A DNA stretch of 64,000 bases, from the NCBI GenBank assembly GCA_964434265.1, contig CAYSUK010000001.1:175126-239125 (forward strand), in the 5' to 3' direction. Positions 20,856 to 28,274 of the stretch are shown in pieces (the stretch's first letter is position 1; every line of letters begins with the position of its first letter). Source of the stretch: an uncultured Christensenella sp. (lineage in GTDB: Bacteria > Bacillota > Clostridia > Christensenellales > UBA1242). A program made the translations under genes and the position numbers. Below the pieces are notes generated by a model. It worked only from the letters and a program-made list of their open reading frames with translations, ran no database searches and was not told where the DNA came from.

Positions 20856-21766
20856 TGTACAATTGTATTTTGATTATAGGAACTACGGCGAGCGGAAAAT
20901 CTGACCTTGCGCTAAATCTTGCCTTGCGGTATGGTGGCGAAATAATTAATTGTGACAGCCAACAAATTTACAAAAAATTTGATATCGGAACTGCAAAACC
21001 CACAAGTGAAGATTTTGCAAAGGTAAAACACCATCTTTTCGATTATGTTGAGATATCTGAAGAATATTCTGTGTCACGTTACCACAATGATGCAATGAAG
21101 GTATTTGCAAATTTAAAAGCAAATAATATATTGCCTATATTTGTCGGCGGAACAGGTCTATATATTGATTCGCTTATATACAAACATGACTATGGTTTCA
21201 CAAACAAAAATGAAGACGTCAGAAAAAAGTATACCGATATGATATCTCAATTTGGTAATGAATATGTATATAATTTGTTAAAAAAAATAGACCCAATATC
21301 GGCTAGTAAAATTCACCCGAACGACACAAAAAGGGTAATAAGAGCTTTGGAAATTGCCGAATCTGGCAAAATAAAATCAGACCAGGTTTTGACTAAGAAT
21401 GAAGATTTTAGACCATTTATTATATATTCAAATATTAATCGAGATATCTTATATGACAGAATAAACAAACGTGTCGATTTAATGATCAAACAAGGACTAT
21501 TTGACGAAGTCGAGACTTTACACAAACAAGGTCTTTTAAGACCAGAATTCAAACTTCCGATAGGTTATAGCGAATGGCTAGATTACTATGCAAATGCTCA
21601 GACGTACGACCAAACTATCGACCTTATAAAACAACATAGTCGAAACTATGCAAAACGTCAAATAACGTGGTTTAAAAGGCGAGATTTCACGATGGAGTAT
21701 GACCCTACGCATAGTACTATGCAAAGTGTTTTTGATATCTCTGATAAATTTTTTAATAAAAAATAA
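20855..21766 (+). CDS. miaA: tRNA dimethylallyltransferase MiaA
   Basis: P-loop GTTASGKS and IPP-transferase family features. The start overlaps the mutL stop. Confidence 0.93.
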   Translation: MYNCILIIGTTASGKSDLALNLALRYGGEIINCDSQQIYKKFDIGTAKPTSEDFAKVKHHLFDYVEISEEYSVSRYHNDAMKVFANLKANNILPIFVGGTGLYIDSLIYKHDYGFTNKNEDVRKKYTDMISQFGNEYVYNLLKKIDPISASKIHPNDTKRVIRALEIAESGKIKSDQVLTKNEDFRPFIIYSNINRDILYDRINKRVDLMIKQGLFDEVETLHKQGLLRPEFKLPIGYSEWLDYYANAQTYDQTIDLIKQHSRNYAKRQITWFKRRDFTMEYDPTHSTMQSVFDISDKFFNKK

Positions 21767-21792
21767 GTACAGCAAAAGCTGTACTTATTTTT
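21764..21792. terminator. bidirectional terminator between miaA (+) and lexA (-)
   Basis: 11-bp stem ATAAGTACAGC-aaaa-GCTGTACTTAT with a T-run downstream and an A-run upstream. Confidence 0.7.
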
Positions 21793-21793
21793 G

Positions 21794-22408
21794 TTATATA
21801 TTTCGTACCAATCCCACAACTTTTCCTAACAAATCTACGCTATCTACAATAATAGGTTGCATAGTGTCATTTTCAGGTTGCAATCTAAAATGTCCGTCTT
21901 CACGATAAAACCTTTTTACGGTCGCCGAACCATCTATAAGAGCGGCGACAATATCGCCATTTTCTGCATATGATTGTTGGCGTACGACAATTTTATCACC
22001 ATTTAGGATACCTGCATTTATCATACTTTCACCCCTTACAGTAAGCATAAAAAGTCCGTCGCCTCTAAACAAATTTGGAGATACCATATAACATTCGTCA
22101 TAATTCTCGACAGCCAAAATTGGTTGGCCAGCAGTGATTGTTCCAAGCATAGGAATGGATATATAATCGTCGCTTGGTGTATTTGTTATTTTAGGATATT
22201 TGTCCAAAATCTCAATAGCTCTATTTTTATTTTGAGTCTTTCTTATCAAACCATTGTTTTCCAATTTCGTAAGATAATAGGCGATAGTGCTTGTACTACT
22301 TACTTTTATAGCTTCACACATCTCACGTACTGATGGTGGAAATCCATTTTTGTTTTGAAAAGCACGTATATAATCAAGCAATTCTTGTTCTTTATTATAT
22401 CTAGACAT
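21794..22408 (-). CDS. lexA: SOS repressor LexA
   Basis: N-terminal winged HTH (GFPPSVREMCEA), AG cleavage region (GTITAGQPI) and an S24 peptidase domain (GESM ... VKR). Confidence 0.95.
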   Translation of the reverse strand: MSRYNKEQELLDYIRAFQNKNGFPPSVREMCEAIKVSSTSTIAYYLTKLENNGLIRKTQNKNRAIEILDKYPKITNTPSDDYISIPMLGTITAGQPILAVENYDECYMVSPNLFRGDGLFMLTVRGESMINAGILNGDKIVVRQQSYAENGDIVAALIDGSATVKRFYREDGHFRLQPENDTMQPIIVDSVDLLGKVVGLVRNI

Positions 22409-22434
22409 AATTTTTACCTCTCATATTTATTTGC

Positions 22435-22475
22435 ATTATAAAACAAAATAGAACAAATGTCAAACATTTGTTCTA
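22435..22475 (-). promoter_or_regulatory. lexA promoter with embedded LexA operator; the same palindrome can terminate the upstream recombinase gene
   Basis: On the minus strand: TTGACA (22458-22463), 17 nt, then TATAAT (22435-22440). The -35 lies in the loop of a perfect 12-bp inverted repeat, TAGAACAAATGT/ACATTTGTTCTA (22449-22475). That repeat contains the SOS-like box GAACAAATGTTT. Confidence 0.6.
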
Positions 22476-22478
22476 CAT

Positions 22479-23537
22479 TTATTCATCTTTTCTAAGTTTT
22501 ATAGCACTAGCAGCATTTCGCCTTATGTCTTCAGATATAGCAGCGTAGTGTTTACGAGTTGTATTTACATCTTTATGTCCTAGTACATCGGCTACAATGT
22601 ATATGTCGCCAGTTTCACGATATAAGTTTGTGCCAAAGGTACTTCTAAGTTTGTGCGGAGTAATATGCTTAAGCGGAGTCACAAGTTGGCTATATTTTTT
22701 GACCAAGTTTTGAACAGCCCTAACAGTTATACGTTTGTTTTGGAGACTCAAAAACAAAGCACGCTCGTCAGGTGAAACATTTTTATTGTTTTCACGTTCG
22801 ACCAAATATTCTTTTAGTGCTGCGGCAACTTCATCATTGAAATACAAAACGACTTGATTTCCACCTTTTCGTGTTACCCTAAATGCATTTTGTTCGAAAT
22901 TTATATCTTCAATATTTAGCCCAACACACTCGGAAATACGTATGCCTGTACCTAAAAACAAACTTAACATTGCAAAATCACGTTTTTTGGTATGTTTGTG
23001 GAAACCTTTTTGCATATCAGTCAGTTTGTCTCCGGCTTCGGATTCGTTAAGGAGTTTTACAACTTCATCTATGTCAAGTCGGATTATTTCCTTATCGTGA
23101 AGTTTTGGAGTATCAATTTTGTCAGCAATATTTGAAGTAATCTTATCTTTTTTGAAAAAGTACTTCAACATCGAGCGTACAGCACTGAGTTTGCGATTTC
23201 TAGCACGTTCGCCATTATGTATCTTTTTACCATCAGCAATATAAAGATTTAAGTATTCTAAATAATATTCTATGTGTGTAGATGTGATTTTATCTAAATC
23301 GGAGTACGTAAATTCAGTAATTTCTTTACCAGCAAATTCTGGCACTTCCCATGACAAAAACTGAAAAAATATTTTCAAGTCCCGTGCATAACCAAGCCGA
23401 GTAAGGGGAGTTGTGTATGCCTCTATTCCTAAAAAATATTCACTACAAAAAGGAGGCAACTCTTTTCTAAGTTGTCTTAATTTTAAAATATTATCATCAT
23501 CACGAGTTTTAAAATAACTTTCTGACATAACATTCAC
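22479..23537 (-). CDS. tyrosine site-specific recombinase (XerC/XerD/phage-integrase family)
   Basis: SAM-like N-domain. Catalytic residues are recognisable: R (GIRISE), H-x-x-R (HKLRSTF), H and Y (LGHKDVNTTRKHY). Confidence 0.85.
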   Translation of the reverse strand: MNVMSESYFKTRDDDNILKLRQLRKELPPFCSEYFLGIEAYTTPLTRLGYARDLKIFFQFLSWEVPEFAGKEITEFTYSDLDKITSTHIEYYLEYLNLYIADGKKIHNGERARNRKLSAVRSMLKYFFKKDKITSNIADKIDTPKLHDKEIIRLDIDEVVKLLNESEAGDKLTDMQKGFHKHTKKRDFAMLSLFLGTGIRISECVGLNIEDINFEQNAFRVTRKGGNQVVLYFNDEVAAALKEYLVERENNKNVSPDERALFLSLQNKRITVRAVQNLVKKYSQLVTPLKHITPHKLRSTFGTNLYRETGDIYIVADVLGHKDVNTTRKHYAAISEDIRRNAASAIKLRKDE

Positions 23538-23649
23538 CTAAGTATATTATACAGTAATTTTGTAATTTTGAAAAATATAATCACAACAAATGACAAAAAA
23601 TATAAAATATGTTATATTATTTTAAATATGAAAAGGTGAGTAACTGGTT

Positions 23650-24504
23650 ATGGATATAAAAAACCTAATTAAAGAAGAACATAACAATGAAAAACAATTA
23701 TTGCTTGATGAGTTTAAAAGCATAATTGATGCTATAGTTTATGATTATTTTGAAGATAAAGAAATGTTTGAAGATGACAATATCAAAACATACTATTTTG
23801 ATGAATACAAACTTAACACAAATGTTTGCCAAGATACATTTGCGACATTGTATATCGAAATTAATCAACTATCAAATATAAAAAAGTTTAACGAAAAGGC
23901 GATAGTGCAAGAACGATATTTGACCTTGAAAAAAATAAAAGACGATCTTGAGGCAATATCAATAGAGAGTTTTGACCAAAACACGCTTATATGGCAAGAT
24001 AAATATTCTATTAATTATGCAATAAATATTTATGATGAAAATCAAAACAAGACCACACATTATTTTAAAATAATACCATGTTTTACACATCTAAATGATG
24101 AAAACATAAGCGGTATAATGTATCATTCAAATGACAAAGTTCTTATCGAAATCGAATATCCAAAATTAAGTATACGAAACTTTAAAATCAAGAATAAAAA
24201 CACAAATGATTTATATCGCCAATATGTTCTATTATTCAAAAACGCATACAAATTAGAAAAAAATGAAAAAACATTACCATTTGAAATCTTTGAGATATTG
24301 TTGTATTGTGTACCAGATAATTATTTTACAGACCTAAGCATAACGACAATCTTAAAAATTTTAGACTACATCAAAAATTGTGGAATTAAAGTTTCAAAAA
24401 CCATAGACCAACAACAAGAAGCTTTTAAATCAAAATACAAATCATTGTCATCATTGTATGCATCAATGATAATTAAACGTTTATTAAAAATTTTTTCGAA
24501 ATAA
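23650..24504 (+). CDS. hypothetical protein (weak resemblance to a degenerate nucleotidyltransferase/MAB21-like fold)
   Basis: Clean 284-aa ORF with a GGTGAG RBS and its own terminator. The pattern TLYIEIN ... FKIIPCF ... LYRQYVLLFKNAY ... FEIFEILLY resembles minimal NTase-fold proteins. The canonical GS / DxD catalytic residues are not visible. Confidence 0.4.
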   Translation: MDIKNLIKEEHNNEKQLLLDEFKSIIDAIVYDYFEDKEMFEDDNIKTYYFDEYKLNTNVCQDTFATLYIEINQLSNIKKFNEKAIVQERYLTLKKIKDDLEAISIESFDQNTLIWQDKYSINYAINIYDENQNKTTHYFKIIPCFTHLNDENISGIMYHSNDKVLIEIEYPKLSIRNFKIKNKNTNDLYRQYVLLFKNAYKLEKNEKTLPFEIFEILLYCVPDNYFTDLSITTILKILDYIKNCGIKVSKTIDQQQEAFKSKYKSLSSLYASMIIKRLLKIFSK

Positions 24505-24591
24505 TAAAAGTTTTAAATTTCATGTTGTAATATTTAAAATGGAATACAAAATAATTATTACTTATAAATACAATAAATAATAACTAAGAAG

Positions 24592-24617
24592 AAAACCGCT
24601 TAACAAAGCGGTTTTTT
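24592..24617 (+). terminator. rho-independent terminator
   Basis: AAACCGCT-taacaa-AGCGGTTT followed by TTTTTT. Confidence 0.8.
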
Positions 24618-24670
24618 AAATGAAACATAATATTATGCAAAACCCGATTGCATAGTAGTTTTTTAAGCCC

Positions 24671-24711
24671 AAACTATTCGTAAAAGTTGTCTTTTGCGAA
24701 TAGTTACTAAC
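24671..24711. repeat. left boundary repeat (putative attL), hairpin-forming
   Basis: AAACTATTCGTAAAAG-ttgt-CTTTTGCGAATAGTTACTAAC. The stem is CTATTCGTAAAAG/CTTTTGCGAATAG with 1 mismatch. It shares AAACT(T)ATTCG.AAAA...CTTTTGCGAATAGTT...ACTA with 29855-29901. Confidence 0.5.
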
Positions 24712-24831
24712 TGCACTTTTAATATATCACAGGACTCCACCCTTGTCAATTAAAAAATGAAAATATTTTTTATTTTCTTGTGAATATCTATTTTTTATGG
24801 TACACTACTCTAAAAAATAAGGAAGTATCAA

Positions 24832-25380
24832 ATGAAAAGAAAAAACAAAAAAGCATTAAGTTTAACTCTAAAAATAATATTTTGTTTATTATTCTGGTGG
24901 CTAATAATTATAGTAGCAATTATAAAATTAAATAACCAGAACAACAAAAAGACCACTACTCCAACCAACAAGCAATATGAAAGCAAGAGCCTACTAACCA
25001 ATTATGAAAAGTACTTTTATGATATCATAAGTAATGAGTTTTCAAATATGTATTATATCATGCCACAAGTAAACTTAGCGTCAATAGTAAACAAAATCAA
25101 GGACTTTCCTACTCAATATCAAAATGAATTATACCGAAATATTGACATAGGTATATTTGACAAGTCAAATATGACACCACTTTTACTAATTGAGATAAAT
25201 GACAAAACACATAACAACAAAAATCGGATAGCAAGAGACCATAAAGTCAAGGAAATATGTGACACAGCAAACATTCCACTAATAACATTTTATTCCAATT
25301 ATGCAAATAAAAAAGATTACATAATACAAAGAATAAAAGAAACACTAAGCAATAATTTGCCTAATGTTTCTAACAACTGA
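24832..25380 (+). CDS. membrane-anchored DUF2726-family (restriction-endonuclease-like fold) protein
   Basis: N-terminal TM helix. The segment LLTNYEKYFYDII...IMPQVNLASIV...NIDIGIFDK...PLLLIEINDKTHNN..RIARDHKVKEICDTANIPLITF matches the DUF2726 pattern. It converges on the Rep gene and overlaps its 3' end by 36 nt. Confidence 0.65.
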   Translation: MKRKNKKALSLTLKIIFCLLFWWLIIIVAIIKLNNQNNKKTTTPTNKQYESKSLLTNYEKYFYDIISNEFSNMYYIMPQVNLASIVNKIKDFPTQYQNELYRNIDIGIFDKSNMTPLLLIEINDKTHNNKNRIARDHKVKEICDTANIPLITFYSNYANKKDYIIQRIKETLSNNLPNVSNN

Positions 25381-26214
25381 CCAATAATCATATTCAGTCA
25401 CACTAACTATACTATTCATATCGAATAGTATTTTTTTAAATTTGTCTTGTTTTCCCCTACCCAACATTTTTAAATACATGTTAGAATTATCATTTTGCAA
25501 CAGTAACGATAATAAAACCTTATCAGTATCATTCAGATTAACACAATCAAATAAATTTACATTTTTTAAAAAATTTACAATAGGAAGTTGTTTCCTAAAA
25601 TTATCATAATCAAAACAATCAAGAGTAATCTCCAAACGAGTCAAATCATAATCAAGATTACTCTCTTTGGTTTTATTGTACAACTTTACAAAACCATTTC
25701 TATTCCTATGCCCAAGATATTCAGTAATACTATCAATATCAATACTCGCCTGCTCCACCTTGTAAATCTTATCATAATCTCTTAAATCTTTCATTAAACA
25801 ACAAAGTGACCTTTTACATTTTATATCAATAGCAAAATCATATCTCACAATCTCAATCGAACGACCAAAGTTTTTAATAAAATCAATAATAGGAGTTACA
25901 TAACAATTAGACAAACACTTATTAGGATTAAATTCGATAAAACAACTTTTACAATCACTTTTTTTACAACCATTAAAAAACAAACCAACAACAAATGAAT
26001 TGTCAAAGTACTTAAAATTTAGCATATATCTATACGAGAATAAAGCATAACTTTGATACATTTTAAAGTCGTATTTTTTATCTTTAAGACTCAAATCATT
26101 AACATAATCGTTAAATTGTTTACAAACATAATCATCAAAGCGAAAGACTATACGAACCATATCACAAGACAAAATCAAGTTATCACAAGTAATAACTGGA
26201 TTATAGTAATTCAT
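25345..26214 (-). CDS. rolling-circle replication initiator, Rep_trans family (RstA/pII functional analogue)
   Basis: Motifs IVRYDFAIDI, EYLGHRNRNGFVKLYNK and LTRLEITL fit the Rep_trans signature. Start trimmed to the ATG at 26214 (MNYYNP), 8 nt after AGGTGGAG. Confidence 0.7.
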   Translation of the reverse strand: MNYYNPVITCDNLILSCDMVRIVFRFDDYVCKQFNDYVNDLSLKDKKYDFKMYQSYALFSYRYMLNFKYFDNSFVVGLFFNGCKKSDCKSCFIEFNPNKCLSNCYVTPIIDFIKNFGRSIEIVRYDFAIDIKCKRSLCCLMKDLRDYDKIYKVEQASIDIDSITEYLGHRNRNGFVKLYNKTKESNLDYDLTRLEITLDCFDYDNFRKQLPIVNFLKNVNLFDCVNLNDTDKVLLSLLLQNDNSNMYLKMLGRGKQDKFKKILFDMNSIVSVTEYDYWSVVRNIRQIIA

Positions 26215-26250
26215 ATATTCTACTCCACCTTTATGTAATTTTTTACATAG

Positions 26251-26366
26251 TAGCACACCTATTAGACATAGGTGTGCTAGTCAAAGTGGCGGGATAACCC
26301 GCCACCCACCACACACCCGCCATATAATTAACCATTGACAAGCGGATGCTTGTGTACAACACAAGC
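26251..26366. promoter_or_regulatory. cluster of three GC-rich hairpins upstream of rep (candidate replication origin / packaging signal)
   Basis: Three stems: TAGCACACCTAT-tagac-ATAGGTGTGCTA (26251-26279), GTGGCGGG-ataa-CCCGCCAC (26286-26305) and GCTTGTGT-aca-ACACAAGC (26348-26366). This is locally the most GC-rich non-coding DNA in the element. Confidence 0.4.
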
Positions 26367-26497
26367 AATAATATCAGATCAGCCACAATTAAGAAAAGAA
26401 ACCACAACTATGTGTTTTCTTTTCAAGTATTAGCATATTACAACGATATAAATGTCAAAAAATTTGCAAGTTTGCAAAAAATTTGTTACACAAATTT

Positions 26498-26653
26498 CTA
26501 GTTTTTGACATCTATATCGTTATTATCAATAGAACTTACCAAAGTGTCAGAAGACACCTTTTTTGCTTTTTTCTTAGCAATAATAGTTTTAACAAGAACA
26601 TAGATTTCATAGCCCAAATAGCCACAAAGTCCAATCAATATAAAATATTTCAT
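26498..26653 (-). CDS. small (51 aa) single-pass membrane protein, not in the ORF track
   Basis: Hand translation gives MKYFILIGLCGYLGYEIYVLVKTIIAKKKAKKVSSDTLVSSIDNNDIDVKN. The ATG lies 5 nt after the Zot-like stop, with an AAGGTAAGG RBS. The size and TM helix fit the small minor coat or assembly proteins of inoviruses. Confidence 0.45.
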   Translation of the reverse strand: MKYFILIGLCGYLGYEIYVLVKTIIAKKKAKKVSSDTLVSSIDNNDIDVKN

Positions 26654-26658
26654 TTTAA

Positions 26659-27675
26659 TTACCTTACCTTTTCTATATTTTTAAAATCGCTAGTCAGCGG
26701 TTTATATATTTTCCTATGAGAGACTCTAAGCAATGTATATCTCTTCAATTCTGAAAAAACATTCTGAATATCCGTATATGGTACACTATTATATCTTTCA
26801 CTATAACAATACGTATCATATCTTTTTCGCAATGGAAACATACCAAAAGTCACTTTCATATTGTCTTCACTATTTTGTTGTTCAATCGTTTTAATATCTT
26901 CACTTAAAGATAACTCACGAATATTAACTTTATAAAACAATCCAAAATAACCTTTAAAATTCATTAAATTAAACACTTTATTTAATCTAACACGAATAGG
27001 CTTACAAATACTGTCACTACACTGTTCAGTACATATTAGGTAGCCACCACGGCTATAATGCCGAAATAAACGGACAAACTCGTCAAGAGCATATATAACA
27101 TTAGGATTATTATACTCGTATTGATTAACATACCCCCCTATCTCATCAAGAAAAACTATCGATTTATAATTGATATGCTTTTGCAATAACAAATAATCTT
27201 CGGTCAATTCTAACGAACTTTCAATAAATCTACTTACATCACGTCGTTTAATTAAATTATTCAATAACATAGACTCATAATCGACTCTCAAAATATATCG
27301 ACTAATTTTATCCTTGTTTTTATTATTATAATCAAGCCAATAAGAATATTTCAATTTAACTAAATTATACATATTAAACTTGACTCTTTTTTGTCGAATA
27401 AAAATAGGAATAGAACTATATAACATAGGTATTTCAGTAATAATTTGTTTTTTCTCTTTTCTAAATAAATTCAAAAAACGTGATTTAATATTACCAACCC
27501 TAATTTTAAACCTATTTTTTCTAAGTAATTTTATTGATTGTTGCACACCTTTAAAGGTTTTACCACTACCCAATCCACCAGTATATGCGATAATTGTGTC
27601 GTATTTTTCAAAATATGCTTTCAAAACAAGCCATATACATAATATACCTAATAAAATAATAATTATAGACCACAT
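26659..27675 (-). CDS. Zot / pI-like morphogenesis P-loop ATPase
   Basis: N-terminal TM helix then Walker A GGLGSGKT, and Walker B IVFLDEIG. Start trimmed to the ATG at 27675 (MWSIII), preceded by AGGTGAG. Confidence 0.7.
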   Translation of the reverse strand: MWSIIIILLGILCIWLVLKAYFEKYDTIIAYTGGLGSGKTFKGVQQSIKLLRKNRFKIRVGNIKSRFLNLFRKEKKQIITEIPMLYSSIPIFIRQKRVKFNMYNLVKLKYSYWLDYNNKNKDKISRYILRVDYESMLLNNLIKRRDVSRFIESSLELTEDYLLLQKHINYKSIVFLDEIGGYVNQYEYNNPNVIYALDEFVRLFRHYSRGGYLICTEQCSDSICKPIRVRLNKVFNLMNFKGYFGLFYKVNIRELSLSEDIKTIEQQNSEDNMKVTFGMFPLRKRYDTYCYSERYNSVPYTDIQNVFSELKRYTLLRVSHRKIYKPLTSDFKNIEKVR

Positions 27676-27683
27676 ACACTCAC

Positions 27684-28037
27684 CTACCACACCAGCAAAT
27701 TGTATGTACATGAGCATACAATTTTTATAATATATAACAACATTTCAATGCAATACACTAAAAACATCACAGCAAATACAACACATTCATATATAAGTTT
27801 TAGAGTAATCCAAATAACTTTTAGTACTTCATACCATTTACTATCTTCGTCATAATCTCCGTATTCTAGAAAAGTTTTTACAATTTTTTCAGTAGACGGC
27901 ATTTCAGGACGATTTTCAGCGGACTCAGCAACATTAGATAAATAATTTTCAAAACTAAAAGAACTTGTAGCATTATTCACACTAAATAGTGCAATAATAA
28001 CAACTAAACAAATAAAAACAACACCTAATTTACGCAC
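27684..28037 (-). CDS. phage membrane protein (signal peptide plus C-terminal TM helices)
   Basis: 117 aa. The start overlaps the stop of the upstream ORF by 1 nt (translational coupling). Hydrophobic N- and C-termini. Confidence 0.5.
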   Translation of the reverse strand: MRKLGVVFICLVVIIALFSVNNATSSFSFENYLSNVAESAENRPEMPSTEKIVKTFLEYGDYDEDSKWYEVLKVIWITLKLIYECVVFAVMFLVYCIEMLLYIIKIVCSCTYNLLVW

Positions 28038-28264
28038 TATCTTTTACCACCTTTTATATCTTTATATCGCATTATCTTTTGCAAAATTTTAAATGGGAGA
28101 ATTAAAAACAACCAAACAACGATATAACTTACAACACAAACATATAGTACCTTAAAAATATCTATATATTTAAATGACCACGAGCCAATAGTGCTATCAA
28201 GTAAATTCACATCTATAAAAACACCCAATATATCATTTATTAAGATATCAAACAAATTACACAT
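28037..28264 (-). CDS. small phage membrane protein (pVI-like size/topology)
   Basis: 75 aa with a central hydrophobic helix pair and a basic C-terminus. Tightly packed in the operon. Confidence 0.45.
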   Translation of the reverse strand: MCNLFDILINDILGVFIDVNLLDSTIGSWSFKYIDIFKVLYVCVVSYIVVWLFLILPFKILQKIMRYKDIKGGKR

Positions 28265-28274
28265 AATACACCTC

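Noticed and set aside
21767-21793. Absence of hfq after miaA (mutS-mutL-miaA-hfq is common in Firmicutes)
   Set aside because: Only a 27-nt terminator-filled gap exists here. The location of hfq varies between lineages and cannot be assessed from one window, so this is not evidence of loss.
24626-24637. CATAATATTATG palindrome followed by TTATGCAAAAC, reminiscent of a dif XerD arm (TTATGTAAACT in Bacillus)
   Set aside because: The spacing between the half-sites is 2 nt rather than the 6-nt central region of dif. The putative XerC arm does not match. It may be chance in AT-rich DNA, and it lies outside the repeats that bound the prophage.
23650-25380. Idea that the NTase-like ORF and the DUF2726 protein form a two-gene defence system (CBASS-like)
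   Set aside because: The genes are separated by a strong terminator and by the putative attL, so they probably belong to different units. No catalytic NTase motif or recognisable effector-sensor pairing could be seen.
26483-26719. 78-aa plus-strand ORF in the phage intergenic region
   Set aside because: It overlaps the 3' end of the Zot-like gene and the 51-aa minus-strand ORF. It has no RBS and its composition is typical of the antisense frame.
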